Part shown: positions 39,575 through 48,786 of the stretch, piece by piece
Layout of the letters: every line of letters begins with the position of its first letter
How positions within the stretch are numbered: position 1 is the stretch's first letter
Notes under the pieces: model-generated
The model's database searches: none
What the model was told of the DNA's origin: nothing
The model's input: only the letters and a program-made list of their open reading frames with translations
Source: an uncultured Solirubrobacterales bacterium
GTDB lineage: Bacteria > Actinomycetota > Thermoleophilia > Solirubrobacterales > 70-9
Assembly: GCA_963698085.1 (NCBI GenBank)
Contig: OY969122.1
Span: 2,241,472 to 2,305,471 of the forward strand
DNA length: 64,000 bases
Direction of reading: 5' to 3'
Position numbers and translations under genes: made by a program

Positions 39575-42136
39575 GTGGACGCTGCCCAGCGGAAAAAGCT
39601 TGAGGAGACGACCCGCTATGACTCGAGCGAGGTCGAGGGGCGGATCTTTGCTGAGTGGATTGAGGGTGGGTACTTCCACCCGAAGGCGGAGGGGGCGCCG
39701 GAGGAGAACTACTCGGTTGCTATTCCGCCGCCGAACGTGACCGGGGCGCTGCATATGGGGCATGCGCTTAATGGGTCGATGCAGGATGCGCTTGTGCGGA
39801 TGAATCGAATGAAAGGGCGCAAGGCGCTCTGGACGCTTGGTACTGATCACGCCGGCATCGCCACCCAAGCCGTGGTTGAGAAAGAGCTGAAGGCGGAAGG
39901 CAAATCGCGCCAGGAGCTTGGCCGCGAGGCTTTCGTCGAGCGGGTCTGGGCCTGGAAAGAGGAGTACGGCTCGCGCATCGTCGAGCAGTACAAGCGGCTT
40001 GGCGCCTCGCTGGACTACGAGAACGAGCGCTTCACCCTCGACGAGGGCTACGTCAAGGCGGTCTACCGAGTCTTCAAGCAGCTCTACGACAAGGGCTACA
40101 TCTACCGCGACAACTACATGGTCAACTGGGACCCCGGCTCGCACTCGGCGATCTCCGATCTGGAGGTCGAAAACCGCGAGGTCGAGGATACGCTCTACTC
40201 AATCGACTACCCGGTCGAGGGCGCCGATCGTGTGCTCACCGTCGCCACCGTGCGCCCGGAAACGATGCTCGCCGACACCGCCGTCGCGGTCAACCCGAAC
40301 GACGAGCGCCACGCCGACCTGATCGGCAAGCACTGCATCCTGCCGCTAGTCGGGCGGCGCCTGCCGATCATCGCCGATGAGCACGTCGACCCCGAGTTTG
40401 GCACCGGCGCACTCAAGGTAACCCCCGGCCACGACATGAACGACTTTGAGATCGGCCGCCGGCACGGGCTGGAGGAGATCGGCGTGATCGGCCCCGACGG
40501 GCGGATGAGCGAGGAGGCAGGTGAGCGCTTCGCCGGCCTGACTGCGACTGAGGCTGGCGAGGCCGTCGTCGCCGCGCTGCGCGAGGAGGGGCGGTTGCGC
40601 GAGGAAGAGCCCTACGTGCACTCAGTCCCCTTTTCGGAGCGCTCCGGGGCACGGATCGAGCCGCTGATCTCGCTGCAGTGGTTCTGCCGCATGGACGAGC
40701 TCGCCGCGCCGGCGATTGAGGTGGTGGAACGCGATGAGGTACGGATAACCCCGCCGCAGTGGAAGCGCGTCTACCTCGACTGGATGCGGGAGATCAGACC
40801 CTGGTGCATCTCGCGCCAGCTCTGGTGGGGGCACCGGATCCCGGTCTGGTACTGCGACGCCTGCGAGGAGACGATCGTTGCCGAGCAGGCACCGGAGCGC
40901 TGTGGCGCCTGCGGCGGCCCGCTGCGCCAGGAGGAGGACGTGCTCGACACCTGGTTCAGCTCGGCCCTGTGGCCCTTCGCCACCCTCGGCTGGCCCGACG
41001 ACACCCCCGAGCTGCGCGCCTTCTACCCGACCAGCTTCCTCACCACGGCGCGGGAGATCCTCTTCCTCTGGGTGGCGCGAATGATCATGACCGGGATCGA
41101 GTTCGCCGGCGACGTTCCCTTCCGCGACGTCTACGTGCACTCGGTGATCCAGGCTCGCGACGGCCGGCGGATGTCGAAGAGCCTCGGAACGGGGATCGAC
41201 CCGCTCGAGGAAATCGACGAGCACGGGGCCGACGCGTTGCGCTTCGGGCTCTTGGCGATGTCCTCGACCCAGGACGTGCGCTTCTCCGACGCCAAGGTCC
41301 AGCAGGGCGCCGACCTCGCCAACAAGCTCTGGAACGCCAGCCGCCTGATCCTGCTGGGCATCGCCGAGGTAGAGGCCGGGCCACGACCCCAGACCGTCGA
41401 GGACCGTTGGCTGCTTTCTCGACTGGAGGTGACGATCGTCTCGGTCACGGCGAAGCTGGAGGAATACGACTTCGCTCACGCCGCCGCGGAGGTTTACTCG
41501 TTCTTCTGGTCGGAGCTCTGCGACTGGTACCTGGAGATCGTCAAGCCCCGCCTCTACGAGGGAGAGGAAGAGGTATCGGCGACGCTGCTCTGGGCGCTGG
41601 AACGGACCCTGGCGCTGCTGCACCCGATCATGCCCTTCGTCAGCGAGGAGATCTGGTTCTACCACCCCTCGCGCCGGGGACACCTCGTGGTCCACCCCTT
41701 CCCCGAGGCGGATGAGTCGCTGCTCGACCCCGAGGCAGAGGCCGAGGTACGGGCCGGGATCGAGCTGACCAGGCGGTTGCGTGCCTGGCGAGATCTGGTC
41801 GAGGCGCCAGCGGCGACCGTGCTGCCGGCCCGGGCCGAGGGCACTCGGCCGCGCGAGTTCGTCGGCCGCCTCGCCCGTTTCGAATTTGGCGAGGACGGAG
41901 GTGATCCCGTCGCCGCTGTCGGCCCGGTGAAGATCCTTGCCTCGGCTGAGATCGATGCCGAGGCGATTGCCGCTCGGCTCGAGGGCCGGCGCGAGGAGCT
42001 GCGTGCCGAGGTGGCGCGCGCCGAGGGAAAACTGGGCAACGAGAAGTTCGTCGCCCGGGCGCCGGCCGAGGTGGTCGAGGAGGAGCGCGAGAAGCTCGAG
42101 CGCTATCGCGCCGAGCTTGAGGAGCTCTCCGAATAG
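39575..42136 (+). CDS. valS: valine--tRNA ligase
   Basis: PPPNVTGALHMGHALN (HIGH) and RMSKSLGT (KMSKS). 853 aa with a C-terminal coiled coil. Confidence 0.96.
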   Translation: MDAAQRKKLEETTRYDSSEVEGRIFAEWIEGGYFHPKAEGAPEENYSVAIPPPNVTGALHMGHALNGSMQDALVRMNRMKGRKALWTLGTDHAGIATQAVVEKELKAEGKSRQELGREAFVERVWAWKEEYGSRIVEQYKRLGASLDYENERFTLDEGYVKAVYRVFKQLYDKGYIYRDNYMVNWDPGSHSAISDLEVENREVEDTLYSIDYPVEGADRVLTVATVRPETMLADTAVAVNPNDERHADLIGKHCILPLVGRRLPIIADEHVDPEFGTGALKVTPGHDMNDFEIGRRHGLEEIGVIGPDGRMSEEAGERFAGLTATEAGEAVVAALREEGRLREEEPYVHSVPFSERSGARIEPLISLQWFCRMDELAAPAIEVVERDEVRITPPQWKRVYLDWMREIRPWCISRQLWWGHRIPVWYCDACEETIVAEQAPERCGACGGPLRQEEDVLDTWFSSALWPFATLGWPDDTPELRAFYPTSFLTTAREILFLWVARMIMTGIEFAGDVPFRDVYVHSVIQARDGRRMSKSLGTGIDPLEEIDEHGADALRFGLLAMSSTQDVRFSDAKVQQGADLANKLWNASRLILLGIAEVEAGPRPQTVEDRWLLSRLEVTIVSVTAKLEEYDFAHAAAEVYSFFWSELCDWYLEIVKPRLYEGEEEVSATLLWALERTLALLHPIMPFVSEEIWFYHPSRRGHLVVHPFPEADESLLDPEAEAEVRAGIELTRRLRAWRDLVEAPAATVLPARAEGTRPREFVGRLARFEFGEDGGDPVAAVGPVKILASAEIDAEAIAARLEGRREELRAEVARAEGKLGNEKFVARAPAEVVEEEREKLERYRAELEELSE

Positions 42137-42195
42137 AGCCTGACGATTACCTCGACTCGCTCCAGCCGATCGGCTGGAAGCTTGGCCTGGAGCGG

Positions 42196-43380
42196 ATGCA
42201 CACGCTGAGCACCCTGCTCGGTATGCCCCAGCATCGCTTCGCCTCGATCCACATCGTCGGCACCAACGGCAAGTCTTCGGTGACGCGGATGATCGCTGCG
42301 TTGCTGGAGGCGCACGGGGTACCCGCCGGCGCCTGCGTATCGCCCCACCTCGCGCGCTGGTCCGAACGGGTGCTGGTCCATGGCGAGGAGATCGGCAGCG
42401 CGGAGTTCGCGGCTGCGGTGGAGCGCGCGGCGATCGCGGCCGAGACGGTGAACCGGAGCTTGCCGGAGGGCGAGTCGGTGACCCAGTTCGAGCTGGCAAC
42501 CGCCGCCGCCTTCGTCGCCTTGGCCACCGCAAAGGTGAAAGCCGTGGTAGTCGAGGCTGGGCTGGGGGGGAGGCTGGACGCGACCAACACGATCCCCTCC
42601 AAGGTCACCGTGCTCACCTCGGTCGGGCTCGACCACACCGAGTGGCTGGGGGAGAGCGAGGAGGCGATCGCCGCGGAGAAGCTGGCGGTGCTGCGGGATC
42701 ACTCGGCTCTGGTACTGGGACGGGTGAGTCCCGCGATCGCGGCGCTGGCGCGGGAGACGGCCGGCGAACGCGGCGCCAAGCTAATCGTCGCGCCCGAGGA
42801 CCCCGGCGCCGGGGTCCGGCTGCGCGTCCCGGGCGACTTCCAGCGCCGCAACTTCGCCCTTGCCTGCACCGCCGCCGCGGCCTTCCTCGGCGAGCTGGAC
42901 CGCGAGCGGGCCGCGGCGGTCGCCGCCACGCTCGAGATCCCCGGCCGGCTTGAAACGATCGACGGCGATCCCCCGGCTGTGCTCGACGCGGCCCACAACC
43001 CCGACGGGGCGGCGGCACTGGCCGAGGCCCTGCCGGAGATCGCCCGCGGCCGTCCGGTGATCGCCTGCCTGGCCGCCTTGCGCGAAAAGGACGTTGCGGC
43101 GATGGCGCAGGCGCTCGCCCCCGCCCTTAACCGAGCGGTCTGCACCGAGCTTCTCTCATCGCATTCCGCTGGCCGGTCCAGCATTGAGGCAGGCGAGTTG
43201 GCTCGCGCTTGCGGGGAGGCCGGCATACCGGCCGAGGCCGAACCAAACTTGGCCGCGGCGGTGCTGCGCGCGCGGGAGCTCGCCCGTGAGGCCGGCGGCG
43301 TGCTCCTCGTCACCGGCTCTCACTATGCGCTTTCGCCCGCCCGCGCCGCGCTTGGCCTGTGCGAGGATGAGCCGAGATGA
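42196..43380 (+). CDS. folC: bifunctional folylpolyglutamate synthase/dihydrofolate synthase
   Basis: HIVGTNGKSS P-loop. The coordinates use the first ATG. The conserved N-terminal helix (DDYLDSLQPIGWKLGLER) is encoded upstream in frame (42139-42195) with no canonical start. Confidence 0.88.
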   Translation: MHTLSTLLGMPQHRFASIHIVGTNGKSSVTRMIAALLEAHGVPAGACVSPHLARWSERVLVHGEEIGSAEFAAAVERAAIAAETVNRSLPEGESVTQFELATAAAFVALATAKVKAVVVEAGLGGRLDATNTIPSKVTVLTSVGLDHTEWLGESEEAIAAEKLAVLRDHSALVLGRVSPAIAALARETAGERGAKLIVAPEDPGAGVRLRVPGDFQRRNFALACTAAAAFLGELDRERAAAVAATLEIPGRLETIDGDPPAVLDAAHNPDGAAALAEALPEIARGRPVIACLAALREKDVAAMAQALAPALNRAVCTELLSSHSAGRSSIEAGELARACGEAGIPAEAEPNLAAAVLRARELAREAGGVLLVTGSHYALSPARAALGLCEDEPR

Positions 43381-43499
43381 GCTCCAAGAGCGCCGGATCC
43401 GAACTGCTCTCGATGATGGGACTGGTCGCCGCGGTGGTGGCCGTGGTGATCCTGATCTTCTTTGGGCTCGGCTACCTCTTCGGCAGCCTCTTTCTCTAA
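43377..43499 (+). CDS. 40-aa small membrane protein
   Basis: ATGA overlap with the folC stop. Product: MSSKSAGSELLSMMGLVAAVVAVVILIFFGLGYLFGSLFL. Confidence 0.45.
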   Translation: MSSKSAGSELLSMMGLVAAVVAVVILIFFGLGYLFGSLFL

Positions 43500-43573
43500 C
43501 CCGCGGTGAGCGACAGGGTTAGCGAGGCAGGCGGCGAAGTAGACTCCCCGCGCTCCCCAGCGGGCATCTAGCC

Positions 43574-44206
43574 ATGGCAACCGCGATCTTCGGCATCAGC
43601 AACAACGGCCTCAACCTGGTCGTCAACCTGCTCATCCTGATGCTGGTCGTCGTCTGGTTGGCGCTGATCGTCTACACCTACCTCGACGCCAAGCGCCGCA
43701 TCTCCGATCCCTTCCTGGTCGGGTGCGCGACCCTCGCCTCCTTCATCCCCTACATCGGCACCGCCGTTTACGCGATCGTGCGTCCGCCCGAGTTCCTCGA
43801 GGACGCCCACGAACGCGAGCTGGAGATCAAGGCGGCGGAGCTGCGCGTGCGCGAGCTGACCGAGCACTCCTGCCCCGGTTGCGGCTTCCCGGTCGAGAAG
43901 GACTTCCTGCGCTGTCCCGAGTGCCAGCGCCGGCTCAAGCACCCCTGCCCGAGCTGCCGCAAGCCCGTCGACCCCGGTTGGGCGCTCTGCCCCTACTGCG
44001 AGGAGCCGCTGCGCCGCGCCGAGCGTCCGCGTCGCAAACGGCCCGAGGGGCGCCAGCCGCCTCGCGAGGAGCGCAATGCACCGCCGCGCAAAAAAGAATC
44101 GGCCGAGGCAAAGAAAGAGCCGCCGAAAAAAGAGCCTGCCAAACCGAAACAACGACCGCAAAGGAGCCCCGACCGTGAGCCGGACCCTGATCCTCGTCAA
44201 GCCTGA
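43574..44206 (+). CDS. PLD-nuclease N-terminal (PLDc_N-like) membrane domain / double zinc-ribbon protein
   Basis: TM N-terminus with AVYAIVRP, then CPGCG...CPECQ...CPSCR...CPYC and a Lys/Pro-rich tail. It overlaps the ndk start by 32 nt. Confidence 0.7.
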   Translation: MATAIFGISNNGLNLVVNLLILMLVVVWLALIVYTYLDAKRRISDPFLVGCATLASFIPYIGTAVYAIVRPPEFLEDAHERELEIKAAELRVRELTEHSCPGCGFPVEKDFLRCPECQRRLKHPCPSCRKPVDPGWALCPYCEEPLRRAERPRRKRPEGRQPPREERNAPPRKKESAEAKKEPPKKEPAKPKQRPQRSPDREPDPDPRQA

Positions 44207-44582
44207 CGCCTTCGAGCGCGCCCTCAGCGGCGAGGTGATTGCACGGTTCGAGCGCAAGGGCTTGCGGATCGCGGCGCTGAAGACGATGGTGGCGAGCGAG
44301 GCAATCGCCAACGAGCACTACGCCGAGCACAGCGAGAAGCCCTTCTTCGGCGAGCTGGTTGAGTTCATTACCGGCGGTACCTTGGTGGCGATGGTCCTGG
44401 AGGGAGCCGAAGCGGTCGCGGCGGCCCGCCAGCTGATCGGCGCGACCAACCCTGTCGAGGCGGCGCCCGGCTCGATCCGCGGCGACTACGCGCTCGAGGT
44501 CACCTTCAACATGGTCCACGGGTCCGACTCCGACGAGTCGGCCGAGCGCGAGATCTCCATCTGGTTCCCCGAGCTGTCCTGA
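44175..44582 (+). CDS. ndk: nucleoside-diphosphate kinase
   Basis: GTG 44175 (AAGGAG 8 nt upstream) gives (M)[29 protein letters not shown]... and NMVHGSDS (catalytic His). Confidence 0.94.
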   Translation: MSRTLILVKPDAFERALSGEVIARFERKGLRIAALKTMVASEAIANEHYAEHSEKPFFGELVEFITGGTLVAMVLEGAEAVAAARQLIGATNPVEAAPGSIRGDYALEVTFNMVHGSDSDESAEREISIWFPELS

Positions 44583-45136
44583 AGGTAACGCTCGCATCCG
44601 GCTCGCCCCAGCGGCGCGAGATTCTCCTCAAGCTCGGCGTCGAGTTCGACGTCGTCGTCCCCGGGGTTGAGGAGCTGAGCGGGGGAGAGCCTGAGGTGGA
44701 GGTGCTCGAGAACGCTCGGATGAAGGCGCGGGCGGTCGAGCGGGACGGGATCGTGATCGCTTGCGATACCGATGTCGTCCTTGACGGCAAGGCGCTCGGC
44801 AAGCCGGTCGACGGGACCGAGGCCGGGGAATACTTAGAGCGGATGTCGGGACGCCCGCACGTCGTCATGAGCGGGCTGGCGGTGCTGGCCGATGGCGAGG
44901 AGCGGAGCGGGCTGGAGCGGACCACGGTGGTCTTCAAGCAGCTGACCGAGGCTGAGAAGGAGCGCTACGTGGCCTTTGGTGAGTGGCGGGAGCGGTCGGG
45001 GGGATACGCAATCCAGACGCTCGGCTCAACCCTGGTCGAGCGGGTAGAGGGCAGCGTCTCCAACGTCGTCGGTCTGCCGGTCGGACTGCTGGTCGAGCTT
45101 GCCCCCGAGTTGCTGGAGCATCGCTCAGCCGCGTAG
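44579..45136 (+). CDS. maf: Maf-like nucleoside triphosphate pyrophosphatase
   Basis: The conserved N-terminus [19 protein letters not shown] lies upstream of the first canonical start (GTG 44696). The only plausible initiator is CTG 44579, which overlaps the ndk TGA. GYAIQ and NVVGLP motifs are present. Confidence 0.8.
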   Translation: MKVTLASGSPQRREILLKLGVEFDVVVPGVEELSGGEPEVEVLENARMKARAVERDGIVIACDTDVVLDGKALGKPVDGTEAGEYLERMSGRPHVVMSGLAVLADGEERSGLERTTVVFKQLTEAEKERYVAFGEWRERSGGYAIQTLGSTLVERVEGSVSNVVGLPVGLLVELAPELLEHRSAA

Positions 45137-46156
45137 AGAGAGAGCCTCGTCGAGGTTGTCCATCAGCGCATCGACCACCATTGGGTCGAAGTGCGTGCCG
45201 CGCTCCGCGGAGATCAGCTGGATCGCTCCCTTGGCGCTGAAGGCCGGTCGGTGGGGTCGGTTGCTGAGCAGCGCGTCGAGGACGTCGGCCACCGCGACGA
45301 TCCTGCCTTCGATTGGAATTTCCTCGCCGCTCAGCCCCTGCGGGTAGCCGCTTCCGTCGAACCACTCGTGGTGGGTGAGGGCGATCGTGGCGGCCATCTT
45401 CAGCAGGTCGCTTTCGGAGTTGGCGAGGATCTGATGCCCAACGGTCGTGTGGGACTGCATCCGCTCGCGCTCGCTTGGCGTCAGAGTCTCCCGCTTGCGC
45501 AGCACCCCATCCGGAGTGGAGATCTTGCCGATGTCGTGCATCGGCGCCGCGGCCCGCAGCAGCCGCACTCGATGCATGTCGAGGCCCAGCTTGGTGGCGA
45601 GCAAGGTAGCGATCGAGGCCATTCGGTTGACGTGGCGACCGCTCTCCGGGTCGTACATCTCGATCGCGCCAGCGAGTCGATCGACCGTTTCCCGATGCGA
45701 GATCTGTAGGTCCCTGATCGCTTTCCGCTGCGCTTTCTCTCGCTCGCTTTCCCTGCGCCTGCTGATGTCGCGGATCGCCGCGGTGGCGATCGCCTCACCG
45801 TTCCACTTGATGCTGGAAAGGCTGATTTCGACGGGAAACTCGCTGCCGTCCTTGCGCACCGCAAAGAGCTCGATGTCAGCGCCCATCTCGCGGGCATAGG
45901 GTTCCTTGAAGTAGGTTGCCCTCTGCCTGGGATGCACCTTGCGAAACCGGGCTGGAACGAGAAGGTCAAGCTCATGATCCTCCAGCTCCTCCCGCCCATA
46001 GCCGAAGAGCTCCTCAGCGTGCCGGTTGACGAGGACGATGCGGCCCGCCCGCTCGACGCCGACGATCGCATCTGGCACGAACTCCAGAAACTGCTCGAAG
46101 GTCGAGCTTCTCCCTTCCGGTCTGGTTCCAGCTGATCTGTCTGGTGCCGGCGGCAT
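45125..46156 (-). CDS. PAS sensor / HD-GYP domain protein
   Basis: N-terminal PAS-like region (IVLVNRHAEELFGY), HDIGK and HHEWFDGSGYPQGL (HD-GYP). Confidence 0.88.
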   Translation of the reverse strand: MPPAPDRSAGTRPEGRSSTFEQFLEFVPDAIVGVERAGRIVLVNRHAEELFGYGREELEDHELDLLVPARFRKVHPRQRATYFKEPYAREMGADIELFAVRKDGSEFPVEISLSSIKWNGEAIATAAIRDISRRRESEREKAQRKAIRDLQISHRETVDRLAGAIEMYDPESGRHVNRMASIATLLATKLGLDMHRVRLLRAAAPMHDIGKISTPDGVLRKRETLTPSERERMQSHTTVGHQILANSESDLLKMAATIALTHHEWFDGSGYPQGLSGEEIPIEGRIVAVADVLDALLSNRPHRPAFSAKGAIQLISAERGTHFDPMVVDALMDNLDEALSLRG

Positions 46157-46194
46157 CCTTCTTAGTGCGATCCGTTACTCCAGTGTTACTGATT

Positions 46195-46233
46195 ATAAGT
46201 TTCTAAACTTTGTGGTGTCTATTAGAAACTTAT
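46195..46233. promoter_or_regulatory. 11-bp inverted repeat in an AT-rich divergent promoter region
   Basis: ataagtttcta-N17-tagaaacttat, between the HD-GYP gene (start 46156) and mreB. Confidence 0.4.
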
Positions 46234-46301
46234 TAAGTCTCCGAAAGGGCAGATTTGACCATCTGGGATGATTGCGCCTGCATTTCCGCGAAATTGCACG
46301 A

Positions 46302-47351
46302 ATGGGCATATTCAGCTACTTGACCGGACTTGGCGGCCGCGACATGGCGGTCGACCTCGGCACCGCAAACACTCTCGTTTACGTGCGCGGGCGTGGCATC
46401 GTGCTCTCCGAGCCCTCGGTCGTGGCGATCGACTCACGCAACGGCCAGGTCCACGCGGTCGGGGTCGAAGCGAAGCGGATGCTCGGCCGTACGCCGGGGA
46501 CGATCACCGCGATCCGGCCCTTGAAGGACGGCGTGATCGCCGACTTCGACGTGACCGAACAGATGCTGCGTCACTTCATCAAAGAGGTGCATTCCAACCG
46601 CTTCGCCCATCCACGCGTCGTCGTCTGCGTTCCCTCTGGCGTTACCGGGGTGGAGAAGCGGGCGGTCGAGGAGGCCTGCCTCTCGGCTGGCGCTCGCAAG
46701 GCCTATCTGATCGAGGAGCCGATGGCCGCCGCGATCGGCGCCGGCTTGCCGGTCGCCGAGCCGACCGGCTCGCTGATCGTCGACGTCGGCGGCGGTACCA
46801 CCGAGGTCGCGGTGATCTCACTCGGCGGGATCGTCGTCTCGCAGTCGATCAGAGTCGGCGGCGACGAGCTCGACGAGGCGATCGTCAACCACTGCAAACA
46901 CGTCTACAAACTGGCGATTGGTACGCAGACCGCGGAGGAGGTCAAGCTCGAGGCGGGCTCGGCCTCGCCGCTGCCGGAGGAGGTCGAGGTCGAGATCCGC
47001 GGCCGTGACCTCGTCTCCGGCCTGCCGAAGACGATCACGCTCGGCTCGGCCGAGGTGCGCGAGGCGCTCGACGAGCCGGTCGGGCACGTGATCGACGCGG
47101 TCAAGGACACGCTCGACCGCACGCCACCGGAGCTGGCGGGGGACATCATGGACCGTGGCATTACCCTTGCGGGGGGCGGCGCGCTCCTGCAAGGACTCGA
47201 ACAGCGCCTTCGCGATGAGTGCCAGATGCCGTGTCAACTGGCAGAGTCGCCTTTGACGTGCGTGGCCGTTGGCTCTGGCATCTCGCTGGAGGAGTTCGAG
47301 ACGATCCACCGCGCCAGCAAGATGAACTCAGGGGCGGCACGCGTTGCTTAG
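46302..47351 (+). CDS. mreB: rod shape-determining protein MreB
   Basis: [43 protein letters not shown]. The track ORF begins 30 nt earlier. Confidence 0.95.
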   Translation: MGIFSYLTGLGGRDMAVDLGTANTLVYVRGRGIVLSEPSVVAIDSRNGQVHAVGVEAKRMLGRTPGTITAIRPLKDGVIADFDVTEQMLRHFIKEVHSNRFAHPRVVVCVPSGVTGVEKRAVEEACLSAGARKAYLIEEPMAAAIGAGLPVAEPTGSLIVDVGGGTTEVAVISLGGIVVSQSIRVGGDELDEAIVNHCKHVYKLAIGTQTAEEVKLEAGSASPLPEEVEVEIRGRDLVSGLPKTITLGSAEVREALDEPVGHVIDAVKDTLDRTPPELAGDIMDRGITLAGGGALLQGLEQRLRDECQMPCQLAESPLTCVAVGSGISLEEFETIHRASKMNSGAARVA

Positions 47352-47389
47352 CTGCCGTTCACGAAAAGCACCGAACTTAGGTCCCAGCC

Positions 47390-48241
47390 GTGTATCGCAA
47401 GCAAGTACGCCGCCGTAGGGCGGTTCTAACGTTCCTCATCCTCGGCTCCTTCCTGTTGCTGACGCTCACCTATGGGCAGAGCGCGGGTGGATTGCAGCGG
47501 GGTGTGAGCACGATCTTCAGCCCGCTGCAGGCGGTCGCCGACCGAGCGCTGAAGCCGGCCCGCGATCTGGTCAGCTGGTTCGACGAGACCTTCGAGGCGA
47601 AGGGCGAAAATGAACGTCTCGAGGAGGAGCTTGTAACGGCCCGCCGTCAGGCGGTCGCTGGCCAGGAGGCGCTCCAGGAGAACGCCCAGCTGCGCAAGCT
47701 GGTCGCGCTCGACCGCGGTCCGGCCCTGGCCGAATCGGCCTACGAGCCGGTCACCGGGCGGGTGATCGCCCGCTCGCCCACCGTCTGGCACTCGGCCGTG
47801 ACGATCGACGTCGGCTCCGATGACGGTGTGCGGGTGGACGACCCGGTGATCAGCGGCGATGGTCTGGTTGGCCTGATTGCCTCAGCACAGGGTGGCTCGG
47901 CGCAGGTGACCTTGATCACCGATCACGCCAGCGCCGTATCGGCCAAGGTGCTCCCCGGCGGGGTGCAGGGTGTGATCAGGCCCGACGTCGGCAATCCCGA
48001 GGACCTGATCCTCGACTTCATCGACTCGACCAAGGATGTGCACGGTGGCCAGGCGGTGGTCACCTCGGGCTGGCGTGCCCAGGGCCTCGCGTCGCACTTC
48101 CCGCCCGGGCTGCCGGTCGGCGAAGTGACCCGCGCCCCGATCGTCGAGCAGGAGGCCAGCCAGCAGGTGCACTTGCGTCCGTACGCCGATCTCGCCAACC
48201 TGGACCTCGTACAGGTGCTCACCGGAGGTCGGCGCGAATGA
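47390..48241 (+). CDS. mreC: rod shape-determining protein MreC
   Basis: Position after mreB, N-terminal TM plus coiled coil, and GDGLVGLI, TSGWRAQGLASHFPPGLPVG motifs. Confidence 0.9.
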   Translation: MYRKQVRRRRAVLTFLILGSFLLLTLTYGQSAGGLQRGVSTIFSPLQAVADRALKPARDLVSWFDETFEAKGENERLEEELVTARRQAVAGQEALQENAQLRKLVALDRGPALAESAYEPVTGRVIARSPTVWHSAVTIDVGSDDGVRVDDPVISGDGLVGLIASAQGGSAQVTLITDHASAVSAKVLPGGVQGVIRPDVGNPEDLILDFIDSTKDVHGGQAVVTSGWRAQGLASHFPPGLPVGEVTRAPIVEQEASQQVHLRPYADLANLDLVQVLTGGRRE

Positions 48242-48786
48242 TCGTCACCCCCAATATCTTCGCCCGCTTGACCGCAATCGCGGTTCTCGTCGTCTTGTTG
48301 CAGCTCTCCTTCTTCTCCCGGGTCGAGCTCCTCCACACCAGCGCCGACATCCTGCCGGTCGTCGTGATTGCGCTCGGCCTGCTCGGCGGCAGCATGACCG
48401 GCGCCGTCGCCGGCTTTTCGATCGGCCTCCTGGTCGATTGCCTGCTGGTGGCGCCGCTCGGCGGTTCCTCGCTGGTCCTGCTCAGCGCCGGCTACCTCGC
48501 CGGCCTCTTCCGCGAGCGCTTCGAGATCCACAGCTCGTTGGTGCCACCGTTGCTTTGCATGGGCCTGACCCTGTTCGCCGAGCTTGGCTTTGCCGCGGTG
48601 CACCTGATGCTCGGCGTCGACGCCCCCCTCAGCAGCCTGATTCTGCGCGACATGCTGTTGAAAAGCATCTTCGCCTTCTTCCTCGCCTGGCCGATCTACT
48701 TCGGCTTGCGGCGAGCGTTGCGCCCCGCGTTGGTCGAGGAGTCGAGAGTGAGTCGCCGCCGTCAGCCGACCGTGCTTGGAGCCTGA
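48238..48786 (+). CDS. mreD: rod shape-determining protein MreD
   Basis: Polytopic 182-aa protein. ATGA overlap with mreC. Confidence 0.85.
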   Translation: MIVTPNIFARLTAIAVLVVLLQLSFFSRVELLHTSADILPVVVIALGLLGGSMTGAVAGFSIGLLVDCLLVAPLGGSSLVLLSAGYLAGLFRERFEIHSSLVPPLLCMGLTLFAELGFAAVHLMLGVDAPLSSLILRDMLLKSIFAFFLAWPIYFGLRRALRPALVEESRVSRRRQPTVLGA

